Shown one piece after another: positions 30,479 to 40,673 of a stretch of DNA of 64,000 nt. Each line of letters opens with the position of its first letter. The stretch's first letter is position 1. The notes under the pieces were generated by a model, which worked only from the letters and a program-made list of their open reading frames with translations, was not told the origin of the DNA and did not search any database. The DNA comes from an uncultured Chloroflexia bacterium (GTDB lineage: Bacteria > Chloroflexota > Anaerolineae > Anaerolineales > UBA4823). The DNA is taken from assembly GCA_963827155.1 (NCBI GenBank), contig CAWGZV010000002.1, positions 2,759,294-2,823,293 of the forward strand, given 5' to 3'. The translations under genes and the position numbers were made by a program.

Positions 30479-32285
30479 CTAATACACTCGCTCTTTTGGT
30501 TGGTACTTGGTGATGACAACGGGTTTATAGTCCAATGTCAGCTTTTCGTCCTTACACCAGATCAAGGAGTGCTTCAACCAGCTCACATCATCTCGTTTTG
30601 GGTAATCTTCGCGAGCATGCGCTCCACGGCTTTCCTTTCGAGCAATAGCTGCATACGCGGTCACTTCTGCCAGTTCGAGCAAATTCCCTAACTCCCAGAT
30701 ATTGAGCATCTCGGTGTTGAAGATCTTTGTGGTATCTGACTTGCGAATGTGCTTCATCCGTTCTCTGAGCTCGCGCACTTTTTCAAGAGCCAGGATCATG
30801 TTCTCCTCCGTACGGAAAACACCGACGTGGTCAAACATGACCGCTTTCATCTCACTGCCGATGACAAATACCTTTTCGTCACCATCGCTGCTAAGAATGG
30901 CGTTTATCTGCTGGCGAGTGAAATCCTCCGGGTCCTTTGGAAGGGTTTGCAGCGCGGCTTCCTGAGCATATTCAGCGGCGCGGAGCCCTGCATGTTTGCC
31001 GAAAACAATCAGATCCAATAGTGAATTCGTGCCTAACCTGTTCGCCCCATGAACCGAGACACAAGCGCACTCTCCGGCGGCAAACAAGCCCGGGAATACG
31101 CTATTTTGGGCATCTGTGATGACTTCACCAAATTTATTGGTTGGTATGCCCCCCATTGCATAATGGGCAGTAGGTTGGATTGGCATGAGTTGTGAAACCG
31201 GGTCGACCCCTAGGTAGGTCCTTGCAAAATCAACGATGTCTGGCAGCTTTGCAAGCAGCTCTTCTCCAGTCACTTTATAGGGGCTTCCATCCGGTCGTTT
31301 TCGACCGTCCAGGGCAGCATATTTATTGACTGTCTCCGGACGCATATCGAGATAGAGGTAGCGCTTGCCATTGATTCCGCGCCCTTCGCGCATTTCCAGG
31401 TACATCGCCCTGCTCACGACATCGCGGGAAGCCAGATCTTTGACATTCGGGGCATACTTCTCCATAAACCGCTCACCCTTATCGTTGATCAGCACACCAC
31501 CTTCACCCCGAACCCCTTCGGTAATTAAGATCCCCATTTTATAGATCCCGGTTGGGTGGAATTGGAAGAACTCCATATCTTCCAAGAGGAAGACCACGGC
31601 GCAATGTGATTGCCGGACCATCGCCGGTAAAGGAATATGCATTTGAGGTGATTTCCCAGATCCGACCGTGTCCGCCGGTTGCAAAGATCACAGCTTTGGC
31701 ATGGAAAACATGGATTTCGCCGGTCGCCAGCTCGATCGCTACCACCCCAGCTGCGGCATTGTTTTCTATAAGTACATCCATCACCTGGAATTCGTCAAAA
31801 AAGTTGACATGGTTTTTGATGCACTGCTGGTAAAGTGTCTGCAGAATCATATGACCGGTCCGATCAGCGGCATAGCACGCCCGGTTTACTGGCTTTCCGG
31901 TGACATTATTGGTGTGCCCGCCAAATGGACGTTGGGCAATTTTCCCATCGGGGGTCCGAGAAAACGGCAATCCCATGTGTTCCAGCTCATAAACAGCCTG
32001 GACAGCCTCGAAGCACATGAATTCGATTGCGTCCTGATCGCCAAGATAATCGCTTCCTTTCACGGTATCATATGTGTGCCACTCGGGGTGGTCTTCACCC
32101 TCATTCCCAAGGGCAGCTCCAACACCACCCTGAGCCGTTCCCGTGTGCGATCGGGTTGGGTAGAGTTTGGTGATCACCGCCGTATTGGCAGTCTTTGAGG
32201 CGTAAAGGGCGGCCATCAACCCAGCACCGCCGCCGCCAACAACAATCACATCGAATTGATGATAGCTTCTATTTTCGCTGCTCAT
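30479..32285 (-). pseudogene. sdhA: Succinate dehydrogenase flavoprotein subunit, frameshifted as sequenced
   Basis: ORF 31539..32321 (VIVVGGGGAGLMAAL, RSHTGTAQGG) and ORF 30479..31684 (EDMEFFQFHPTG, RGEGG, HGANRLG). Frames join (..LRRGLPL|EDMEFFQ..) by removing one base from the run at 31582..31583. Confidence 0.92.
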
Positions 32286-32301
32286 TTTTTCACTCCTGCC
32301 C

Positions 32302-32724
32302 TCAGGAAGCCAAAATGACATAAATACCGATGATCAGCAAGAAAATCCAGAGCAAGAATATCGCTCCCCTAAAGAAAACACGCTTCCAGGACTTGCCAAG
32401 GTAATCTTCGATTACTACCCTGAGCCCATTCATCCCATGGGTAACACCAAAAAACAAAATCAACATCTGCATGATCTGCCACCAGGCGTTCGCCCATCCT
32501 TGGGCAACATCGGGGATGTTGGTATTCACGACGTGATTTGGATTTGGGAAAAACGTCCAACGTGCCAATGCCCCAATATCCACCTGATACCTTGCACCCA
32601 TGAGAAAAGCCGCTGCAATTCCAATAAAAGCCAGGGTGTAAAGTGCCAGACCTGAAATCCGGGTAAAAATCCACATAATATATTCGAAATTCAATCCGGT
32701 TTGAGGAACTGGTCGAGAAGTCAT
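32302..32724 (-). CDS. sdhD: Succinate dehydrogenase hydrophobic membrane anchor subunit
   Basis: 140-aa, 3-TM protein between sdhC and sdhA. Assigned by operon position and hydrophobicity. Confidence 0.7.
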   Translation of the reverse strand: MTSRPVPQTGLNFEYIMWIFTRISGLALYTLAFIGIAAAFLMGARYQVDIGALARWTFFPNPNHVVNTNIPDVAQGWANAWWQIMQMLILFFGVTHGMNGLRVVIEDYLGKSWKRVFFRGAIFLLWIFLLIIGIYVILAS

Positions 32725-32756
32725 TTTAGAGTCTCCTTTCTGTGCTCATCTTTGCC

Positions 32757-33143
32757 CTAGCCACCTTCGAGCAAGTTAAGGATCATGATGATCACAGTCG
32801 TTCCATAAACAGGGATGAAGATCAACCACTGCAGCCAGGTCGCTTCACGCTGGTATTCCAGCAGTTTAGGCCAGATATCCAGGATGATTATTCTTAAACC
32901 ATTCAATGCATGGAAAAGGACAACGAAGATCACCACAAATTGGAAATAGACAGACTCGTAGACCACATTGATTGCAGTCGCCCAATCACTGCCAAACTGC
33001 TGCATGAAGAAGGATGACATCACATGGGTGCCAACAAAAAGGATGATTGCTAAACCAGTGATGCGGTGCAGCACCCAGGAGAGCATTGGACCGCCTCCTC
33101 GGTACCTAATACCTTTCAGCCCGACATTTCTCTTTAGAGCCAT
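32757..33143 (-). CDS. sdhC: Succinate dehydrogenase cytochrome b subunit
   Basis: 128 aa. N-terminal RYRGGGPMLSWVLHRITGLAIILFVGTHV is typical of SdhC. First gene of sdhCDAB. Confidence 0.8.
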   Translation of the reverse strand: MALKRNVGLKGIRYRGGGPMLSWVLHRITGLAIILFVGTHVMSSFFMQQFGSDWATAINVVYESVYFQFVVIFVVLFHALNGLRIIILDIWPKLLEYQREATWLQWLIFIPVYGTTVIIMILNLLEGG

Positions 33144-33240
33144 GTGCGCCTCCTTACCTGGTTTGGAGTCTTTATTCGAATAGTTGCAATAGAACGGATC
33201 GATATATTATACCCACGTTTATTTGCATCCCTGCAAAAAA

Positions 33241-33256
33241 TGTGACAATAATCACA
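33241..33256. promoter_or_regulatory. CRP/FNR-family type palindrome TGTGA-N6-TCACA
   Basis: Exact TGTGAcaataaTCACA in the sdhC/qcrA divergent intergenic region. It lies 30 nt upstream of a minus-strand TATAAT (33211..33206) that has no good -35. Confidence 0.5.
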
Positions 33257-33485
33257 GATACTCGGTTTCAATTATCCTCAACAATTCCAGTTAGTACCAT
33301 CTATAATGAACTCAATTAGCCAGGAACTAACAGCGCCCCGGGAAAGGCAATTGAGGTGGTTTCATTTTCCCTGGAACAGCTTGAATTTCATCAGCATCAC
33401 GGGTAAAATCCACGTGACAAAGCGACCAAGACAGGAAAAATATCAGATCAGGTTGTTGTTTCCGGGAAAGCCATAGGAGGAATGG

Positions 33486-33974
33486 ATGACCAAATCTCCC
33501 CATATGAGCCGAAATGAATTTGTAAAATGGGTGGTGGGGATCCTGGGTGGCCTTATGGCAGCAGTTGTGGGGCTGCCGGCAATTGGTTACGTGCTCTCAC
33601 CTGCACTTAAGAAACGATATTCGGAGGCATGGATCCCTCTAGGACCGCTTGAAAATTATCCAGTTGGAACCCCCACTCTCGTCGATTTACGCGAACTTCG
33701 GTTAATGGGTGGGAAAAGACGACGAACAGCTATGGAGCCTATGTCTTTAGGGCAAATGAAACTGATACGACAGTTTATTCAAATATTTGCACTCATCTGA
33801 GCTGCCGAGTGATCTGGCACGAAGACCTTCAGGAATATATCTGTCCTTGCCATGACGCGTCATTTCAACATCGATGGTCAGATCATCAGCGGACCGCCTC
33901 CACGTCCAATGGATACATACGAGAACAAAGTGGAGGACGGCAGCCTTTACATCCATTATCATAGAAGGTTAACT
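33486..33974 (+). pseudogene. qcrA: Rieske 2Fe-2S subunit of menaquinol:cytochrome c reductase, at least 2 frameshifts as sequenced
   Basis: N-terminal TM (ORF 33486..33800). Box 1 CTHLSC and box 2 CPCHDASF sit in a second frame and ..NIDGQIISGPPPRPMD in a third. Shifts are at T-runs 33686..33688 and 33863..33865. No stop precedes qcrB in the final frame. Confidence 0.8.
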
Positions 33975-34637
33975 ATGATGAATAACTTATTTGAGTGGCT
34001 GGATGAACGGCTTGGGTTCAACCACGATTATGAAGTCATCCTGGACCGAAAGGTCCCTAAGGTGAACTGGTGGTTCACTTTAGGGAGTGCAAGCGCGATC
34101 CTATTTCATTCTACAAGCCGTGACAGGGATGTTCTGACGATCTATTATGTCCCTTCCCCAGATCATGCATACGACAGCATCCAATATATCATGAACGATG
34201 TATCGTTCGGTTGGTTGATCCGCGGAATCCATCATTGGGGCGCATCTTTGATGGTAATCATCGTATTCATTCATATGCTTCGCACATTTTTCCTCGCTGC
34301 CTATAAATATCCGCGTGAATTCACCTGGCTCACTGGTGTCATTTTGTTGATTGCCACTTTAGGAATGGGTTTTACCGGATATTTACTGCCGTGGAACCAG
34401 CGAGCTTATTGGGCAACAACGGTAGGGACCGAAATTGCTGGAACCGTCCCATTTATCGGTCAATTTATCGTCAGCGTCTTACGAGGCGGTCCAGAATTGA
34501 GTGCAGTGACACTGACACGTTTCTTCTCAGTGCATATCTGGTTCCTTCCAGCATTGATCGGGGCACTGATCGGCATCCATATTTATATGGTGATTAAATT
34601 GGGCATTGCTGGCGTTCCTGATAAAGAAGAGGCATGA
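33975..34637 (+). CDS. qcrB: Cytochrome b6-type subunit (cytochrome b N-terminal domain)
   Basis: MMNNLFEWLDERLG..., heme-ligand His contexts RGIHHWGA and FFSVHIWFLPA. A short garbled stretch (SAILFHSTSRDRDV) becomes ILFILQAVTGMFL with a compensating indel pair at 34104..34106 and 34134. Confidence 0.88.
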   Translation: MMNNLFEWLDERLGFNHDYEVILDRKVPKVNWWFTLGSASAILFHSTSRDRDVLTIYYVPSPDHAYDSIQYIMNDVSFGWLIRGIHHWGASLMVIIVFIHMLRTFFLAAYKYPREFTWLTGVILLIATLGMGFTGYLLPWNQRAYWATTVGTEIAGTVPFIGQFIVSVLRGGPELSAVTLTRFFSVHIWFLPALIGALIGIHIYMVIKLGIAGVPDKEEA

Positions 34638-35961
34638 GGGAGAGGAGCAACGGTGTGAACGAAGAACAAAAGCAGCGATATCTGGAAAAATATAAAAAAT
34701 CTAAGCAGAAAGGGCGAGAAATTCTATCCCGGATATTATTTATAAGGACCTGCTTGTTTCGTTCGCCTTCTTCCTGGTCTTGGTCTTACTGGCTACTTTT
34801 GTCGGCGTGGCGAATGAGCCGAAAGCAGATCCAAGCGATGTCAATTACATCCCCCGCCCTGAATGGTATTTCCTTTTCCTGTTTGAAATGCTCAAGTTTT
34901 TCCCGGGAAAGATAGAATGGGTCGGAACGGTTATCATCCCATCGATCGCGATTGCGATTCTGTTTCTGCTGCCATTTCTCGATCGGAGCGCGAAACGACA
35001 CCCCTCGGAGCGCAAACGAGCAATTCTAATCATGGGTGCGATCGTGCTGGTCATGGTCGGCCTGACAATTCGCGCGGTAATCACCACACCGCCTCAGACA
35101 GAGACTGCGAGCGCTGCGACGACGCTTGGCGAACGGATTTTGCTAGGGCAGGACCAATATTCGGTCCAGTGTGTGGAATGCCACGGCGCCGATGGCGAAG
35201 GTGGGGAAATCAAAGGCGTTGAAGGGTTGGAAGGGTACATGATGAAAGCGATCAATACGCAAGATGAGATGTACACCCGAACCGACGAGACCCTGTATAA
35301 CATCATCAACTATGGACAACCTGGGCTTGGGATGACACCTTTTGGGAAAGCCTACGGCGGCGAGCTGGCGGTTGCGGATATCGAAGCTATCGTGGATTTT
35401 ATGCGCTACACATGGGACGATCGAGCCGAAATCCCGCAGGAGGTCGTGCAAGCCTCGGCACTGCCGGCGTTAGGGGAGAATGAAATTCCCTCATACGAGG
35501 TCCACATCGCGCCACTGGTCAAACGCTATTGTCTTTCCTGCCATCGACCAGGAAAAAAGAACAACAATTATTTGATGCAGACCTATGAAGAAGTGATGAC
35601 CAGCGGCGATCACACCCCTAACGTGATTGCTGGAGATCTAAACAGCAATTTGATCCGGATGTTACACCGGGAGGAAATTGATGCGGGAGGGCCGATGCCG
35701 CCAACAAAAGCACTCAAGCCCGAAATCATCAGCATCTTCGAGCGTTGGGTAGCTGGCGGTGGGTTGAATACTGCTGCAGATGCTGCCGCAGCTAACGCAG
35801 CGGGCGCAGCTAACGCAGCGGGCGCAGCAAATCCAGCGGGCGCAGCAAATCCAGCGGCAGCTCCGACATCAGGTCTCATTGTCACATCGACCATCTCAGC
35901 ACCAACCGCTCTCCCGATCCCGGTGGAAATTACCTCAACTTTGGCAACGGCTGTCCCATAA
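34634..35961 (+). pseudogene. qcrC: Cytochrome b subunit-IV-like domain fused to dihaem cytochrome c (QcrC-like), frameshifted as sequenced
   Basis: ORF 34634..34915 plus ORF 34780..35961. PEWYFLFLFEMLKFFPG (subunit IV), then two CxxCH (CVECH, CLSCH). Frames restored by removing one base each from GGG 34712..34714 and CCC 34728..34730. Ala/Asn/Pro repeat tail. Confidence 0.85.
35788..35859 (+). repeat. 18-bp tandem repeat x4 inside the qcrC 3' end
   Basis: gcagctaacgcagcgggc x2, then gcagcaaatccagcgggc about x2, encoding (AANAAG)/(AANPAG) low-complexity linker. Confidence 0.85.
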
Positions 35962-36114
35962 CAGGGCAATATCTGGAGAAACTGCTTCGTCAACATCGCT
36001 GCCCCATCGATACCCGGTGTTCTCCCTAAGTCAAATTCCATTGATGCCGGGCGCTGCTGACTTACTGCTGAAATCTCTAAGCCAGATCCAAGACAAGCCG
36101 ACTCCAGATGGCAC

Positions 36115-36137
36115 AAGCCCCCCTTTTCGGGGGGCTT
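36115..36137. terminator. Bidirectional Rho-independent terminator between convergent qcrC and icd
   Basis: aagcccccc-tttt-ggggggctt GC-rich hairpin flanked by A/T-rich sequence on both sides. Confidence 0.7.
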
Positions 36138-36173
36138 GCTTATTCTATTATAAAGAAATGGAAGAAGGTGAAG

Positions 36174-37485
36174 CTAACTCATGTGCCTGATCACTGCGTC
36201 TCCGAACTCGGAGCATTTCAACAGAGTCGCCCCTTCCATCAGGCGGTGGAAATCGTAGGTGACCTTCTTTGCTCCGATAGCATTTTCCATTCCTTTTATG
36301 ACAAGGTCGGCGGCTTCCGCCCAACCCATATAACGGAGCATCATTTCCCCTGAGAGGATCACTGAACCAGGGTTAACCATGTCCTTGTCGGCATATTTTG
36401 GGGCTGTGCCGTGCGTCGCTTCGAAGACGGCGTGACCGGTCGTGTAGTTGATGTTCCCGCCCGGGGCAATTCCAATTCCTCCGACCTGCGCCGCGAGGGC
36501 GTCTGAGAGATAATCACCATTTAGATTCATCGTAGCCAGCACATCGAACTCACGCGCCCTGGTGATTGTTTGTTGGAAGACGATATCCGCAATCGTATCT
36601 TTGACAAGCAGCCTGCCAGCTTTCAGGGCAGCATCTTGTTCAGCATTTGCTGCGTCTTCGCCATGGTCTGCCTTTGTCTGCTCCCATTTTGCCCAGGTGT
36701 AGACCTGATCTGCGAATTCTTGCTCTGCGACCTGATAGCCCCAAATGCGGAATGCGCCTTCAGTGTATTTCATAATATTTCCTTTATGCACCAGGGTCAC
36801 ACTCCGGCGGCGGTTCTTAAGCGCCCAGCTGATCGCAGCCCGAACAAGGCGAGATGTACCTTCTTGTGAGACAGGCTTGATACCAAATCCGGCGCTATTA
36901 GGAAATCGAATCTTGGCAAAATCCTTGGGGAAGCGTTCCTTCATCAGCTTCTTGAATTCCAGATTATCAGCCGTCCCATTTTCGAATTCAATCCCGGTGT
37001 AAATATCCTCGGTATTTTCTCGAAATACCACCATATCGACATATTCAGGGTGCTTGACCGGCGAGGGCACGCCGCTGAAATATCGAACTGGACGCTGAGC
37101 AGACATATAGATCAAGCGCGATCCGGAGGGCGACATTCAGGGAGCGGAACCCCCCACCGATCGGGGTTGTCAAGGGACCTTTGATCCCAACAAGGAATTC
37201 CTTGAAGGCTTCAACGGTTTCACCGGGCAACCAGGAGCCAAATTGGTCATTCGCTTTTTCTCCAGCAAATACTTCCATCCAACGGATCGAGCGCTTTCCC
37301 GCGTAAGCATGCTGGACAGCTGCGTCCAAAACCCGCACCGAAGCCCTCCAGATATCACGCCCGGTGCCATCCCCTTCGATAAAAGGGATAATCGGGTGAT
37401 CCGGTACATTTAACTTTCCACTTGAGATTGTGATCTTTTCCCCACCCGATGGTACGCTCGCTTGCTTATAATCCATAATTGCCAT
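36174..37485 (-). pseudogene. icd: NADP-dependent isocitrate dehydrogenase, frameshifted as sequenced
   Basis: ORF 37045..37485 (..[28 protein letters not shown]) and ORF 36174..37136 (..[34 protein letters not shown]..). One extra base at ~37098. Confidence 0.92.
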
Positions 37486-37534
37486 TCTCCACTGTCAATG
37501 ATTGATAAACCTTCATTGCATTATAGCAAACAAA

Positions 37535-37550
37535 GGTGACGATTGTCATA
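37535..37550. promoter_or_regulatory. Degenerate CRP/FNR-type box GGTGA-N6-TCATA upstream of icd
   Basis: 8 of 10 matches to TGTGA-N6-TCACA, 50-65 nt upstream of the icd start codon. Confidence 0.3.
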
Positions 37551-37592
37551 CTCTGAAATCGCGGGTTGACAAATCCTATTGCAATTTCCGCA

Positions 37593-37601
37593 TGCTATAA
37601 T
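37593..37601 (+). promoter_or_regulatory. Extended -10 TGCTATAAT upstream of the P-type ATPase gene
   Basis: Exact TGnTATAAT 36 nt upstream of ATG 37637. GGAG SD in between. Confidence 0.5.
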
Positions 37602-37636
37602 GCTTCAACTTTAACCGATTTACGGAGCATATCCCC

Positions 37637-40513
37637 ATGGGTATCGAGAAATTCACGCCTCAAATCGAGATAGAACAAGCCGACTCTCATGACTGGCATT
37701 CGCTGGGTTCAGAGGAGGTCATGAAGCGGCTGGAAACGATGGCAGACCGAGGGCTGACAACAGAAGAAGCATCAAGACGCTTAGAAAAATATGGTCCCAA
37801 TCAGCTTGACGAAAAACCACCGGTGAGTTTTTGGAAAATGCTGTTGGACCAATTCAACAATTTCGTCGTGATGCTGCTGATCGCTGCATCGCTCATCTCT
37901 GCGATCCTGGGTGATTATATCGAAGCGGGGGCGATCATGGCAATCGTAGTTTTGAACGCGGCGCTCGGAGTGATTCAGGAACGCCGTGCCGAACAAGCGC
38001 TTGCAGCATTAAAGAAGCTGGCCGCGCCAGAAGCCCATGTGATCCGTGATGGAACGCGCACGGTAGTTCCTTCTCCGCAGATTGTCCTGGGGGATATCGT
38101 GCTGCTTGAAGCCGGCAATTATGTTCCGGCAGATATCCGGCTACATGAGGCGGTAAATTTACGGGTGGAGGAGGCAGCCCTCACCGGCGAATCCGTCCCA
38201 GTCCAAAAGGACGCAGCGCTTCGATTGGAGCCAGATGTGTCGTTGGGAGACCGAAAGAATACGGCATTCATGGGTACCCTGGTAAATTATGGGCGCGGCA
38301 AAGGTATCGTGGTCAGCACTGGGATGCACACCCAAATTGGCTTAATCGCCGAAATGCTCCAATCGGTGGAAGAGGAAGAAACGCCTTTGCAGCGACGCCT
38401 GGATCAGCTGGGTAAGACGCTTGGTTGGGCTGCATTGATCATCTGCGGACTTGTATTCCTGGTTGGGTGGCTGCGCGGTTACAACGCGCTGGATATGTTC
38501 ATGGTCGCAGTAAGCCTGGCGATTGCTGCAGTTCCCGAGGGTCTAGCCGCGGTGGTGACCATCAGCCTGGCGCTCGGAATGCGTGAGATGATCAAGCGGC
38601 ATGCTCTGATCCGCAAACTTTCATCGGTAGAAACGCTGGGCTCAACCACGGTCATTTGTTCCGATAAGACTGGAACACTAACACAGAACGAAATGACCGC
38701 CACAAAAATGTGGGTCGACGGAGAATTCATCACGATCACAGGGAGCGGGTATGCTCCAATCGGAGAATTCCAGCTTAACGATTCTTCTATAGCGCTGAAT
38801 GACTATCCAGGTGCTCTTACAAACCTTTGGGTATCAGCATTGAACAATGACGCTGGGCTGGAAATCAGCGGATCCATCGACGGTAAGCCGACCTACAAGA
38901 TGGTGGGAGATCCAACAGAAGGCGCCATGATTGTCGCAGCAGCAAAAGCAGGCGCGTCAATCTCAGAGCTGAATAAAGCGTATCCACGGGTGCAAGAAGT
39001 GCCGTTCGATTCAGAACGAAAACGCATGGCGACAATCCATAAAATCCTTTCGCCTCGAGTTCGACGACTTTTCCCATTTAAGGATTCCAACCAGAAAGAA
39101 TGGTATGTCATCACGGTGAAGGGCGCCCCAGACCTGGTGCTCGACTTATGCCAATCGTATCAAAAGATGAACGATCATGTCGCGGGGATGGACGATCATC
39201 GACGGATGGAGATCCTGGCAGCCAATGACCGGATGACACAGGATGCTCTGCGTGTGCTTGGGATGGCTTACCGAATCACATCAGAAATGCCCGATGTGAA
39301 TTTTCCAGATGCTTTGGAAGAAGGATTGATATTTGCCGGATTGATTGGGATGATCGATCCTCCGCGCCCAGAAGTGCCTCCCGCTCTGCAGCTTGGGAGG
39401 CGAGCGGGGGTCCGGACGGTCATGATCACTGGAGACTATGCGAACACCGCCCGAGCAATCGCCGAATTGATCGGCCTGCTCAGACCCGGGCATCAAGTTC
39501 TCACCGGACCAGTCTTGAACGAGATGAGCGACGCGGACTTGATGAACGAAGTGAAAACCACTGATGTTTTTGCAAGGGTCTCTCCAGAACACAAAATGCG
39601 GATTGTAGAGGCGCTGCGCGCGAATGAAGAAGTGGTTGCAATGACCGGCGATGGGGTAAATGACGCACCTTCTATCAAGCGAGCAGACATTGGGATTGCG
39701 ATGGGCATAACCGGTACGGATGTGGCGAAAGAAAGCGCAGACATGGTGCTGACTGACGACAACTATGCCAGCATCGTTTCAGCTATCGAGCAGGGACGGA
39801 TTATCTACGACAACATCCGGAAATTCGTATTCTTCCTGCTCTCTTCTAACGTCGCCGAGATTATGATCATCTTTCTGGCAACGCTGGCAGGGCTGCCAAC
39901 TCCATTGACTGCTATCCAGTTGCTTTGGCTGAACCTGCTGACAGACGGCGCACCGGCCCTGGCGCTCGCGATGGAAAAAGGTGATCCGGATATCATGAAG
40001 CGCAAACCACGCCCGACAAACGAGCCTATTATTAACCGTTCGATGGGGCTTGGAATAACTGTGCAGACGATTACACAGACCAGCGCTACGCTCACAGCAT
40101 TTGCGATCGGTTTGCTGTGGCATCTTCAACAGACTCTGCCACAAGCAACAAATCCCATTCTTTACCTGCTCAGATACGACTGGCGAGGAGTGGATGTTCA
40201 AACCGCTGAGACGATGGCTTTCGTGACGCTCTCACTTTGCGAGCTTTTCCGAGCTTACACGGTGCGCTCAGAGCACCAATCAATCTTCAAGATTGGGGTT
40301 TTCTCGAACCGCTATATGCAGTATGCGGTAGGCTTTTCGATCCTTCTTATGTTGATGGTAATCAATATCCCCTTCCTACAGCCTATCTTTAACACCCATA
40401 CAATGAGCTTGAAAGAATGGGGAATTGTGATCGTCCTGTCTCTGATCCCGGCTGTGTCTGAAGAAATCACCAAAATTTTCCTGCGCTCGAAAGCCAGACG
40501 GAGTGAGCGATAA
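37637..40513 (+). CDS. Cation-transporting P-type ATPase (P2, Ca2+-ATPase-like)
   Basis: 958 aa. [27 protein letters not shown], about 10 TM segments. Confidence 0.92.
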   Translation: MGIEKFTPQIEIEQADSHDWHSLGSEEVMKRLETMADRGLTTEEASRRLEKYGPNQLDEKPPVSFWKMLLDQFNNFVVMLLIAASLISAILGDYIEAGAIMAIVVLNAALGVIQERRAEQALAALKKLAAPEAHVIRDGTRTVVPSPQIVLGDIVLLEAGNYVPADIRLHEAVNLRVEEAALTGESVPVQKDAALRLEPDVSLGDRKNTAFMGTLVNYGRGKGIVVSTGMHTQIGLIAEMLQSVEEEETPLQRRLDQLGKTLGWAALIICGLVFLVGWLRGYNALDMFMVAVSLAIAAVPEGLAAVVTISLALGMREMIKRHALIRKLSSVETLGSTTVICSDKTGTLTQNEMTATKMWVDGEFITITGSGYAPIGEFQLNDSSIALNDYPGALTNLWVSALNNDAGLEISGSIDGKPTYKMVGDPTEGAMIVAAAKAGASISELNKAYPRVQEVPFDSERKRMATIHKILSPRVRRLFPFKDSNQKEWYVITVKGAPDLVLDLCQSYQKMNDHVAGMDDHRRMEILAANDRMTQDALRVLGMAYRITSEMPDVNFPDALEEGLIFAGLIGMIDPPRPEVPPALQLGRRAGVRTVMITGDYANTARAIAELIGLLRPGHQVLTGPVLNEMSDADLMNEVKTTDVFARVSPEHKMRIVEALRANEEVVAMTGDGVNDAPSIKRADIGIAMGITGTDVAKESADMVLTDDNYASIVSAIEQGRIIYDNIRKFVFFLLSSNVAEIMIIFLATLAGLPTPLTAIQLLWLNLLTDGAPALALAMEKGDPDIMKRKPRPTNEPIINRSMGLGITVQTITQTSATLTAFAIGLLWHLQQTLPQATNPILYLLRYDWRGVDVQTAETMAFVTLSLCELFRAYTVRSEHQSIFKIGVFSNRYMQYAVGFSILLMLMVINIPFLQPIFNTHTMSLKEWGIVIVLSLIPAVSEEITKIFLRSKARRSER

Positions 40514-40567
40514 ATACGCCTTGTTACAGTATTCCGGAGGTGCTATACTTCCGGCAAGGAGTTTTTA

Positions 40568-40627
40568 ATGAACGAAGAAAAACCGAACGACAGCGATCCT
40601 CTAAGTAAGCCGAGTAAGCCACCCTGA
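40568..40627 (+). CDS. Candidate 19-codon upstream ORF (MNEEKPNDSDPLSKPSKPP)
   Basis: ATG preceded by AAGGAG at 7-nt spacing, in the ATPase-corA spacer. Too short for the ORF track. No homology evidence. Confidence 0.3.
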   Translation: MNEEKPNDSDPLSKPSKPP

Positions 40628-40673
40628 CTGAAGCCTGATATCAGGGCAGTTGCCCTATGCAAAGGAGTGAACG

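Noticed and set aside
33852-34637. A natural Rieske-cytochrome b fusion protein, implied by ORF 33852..34637
   Set aside because: The region already needs two indel corrections. An RBS-like GAAGG and an ATG-ATG precede the cytochrome b N-terminus. A TAG stop sits one frame away at ~33960. One more indel error is at least as likely as a true fusion, so I keep it only as an open question.
35788-35859. CRISPR-like or satellite repeat
   Set aside because: The units are contiguous 18-mers without spacers, in frame inside qcrC. This is a coding low-complexity repeat.
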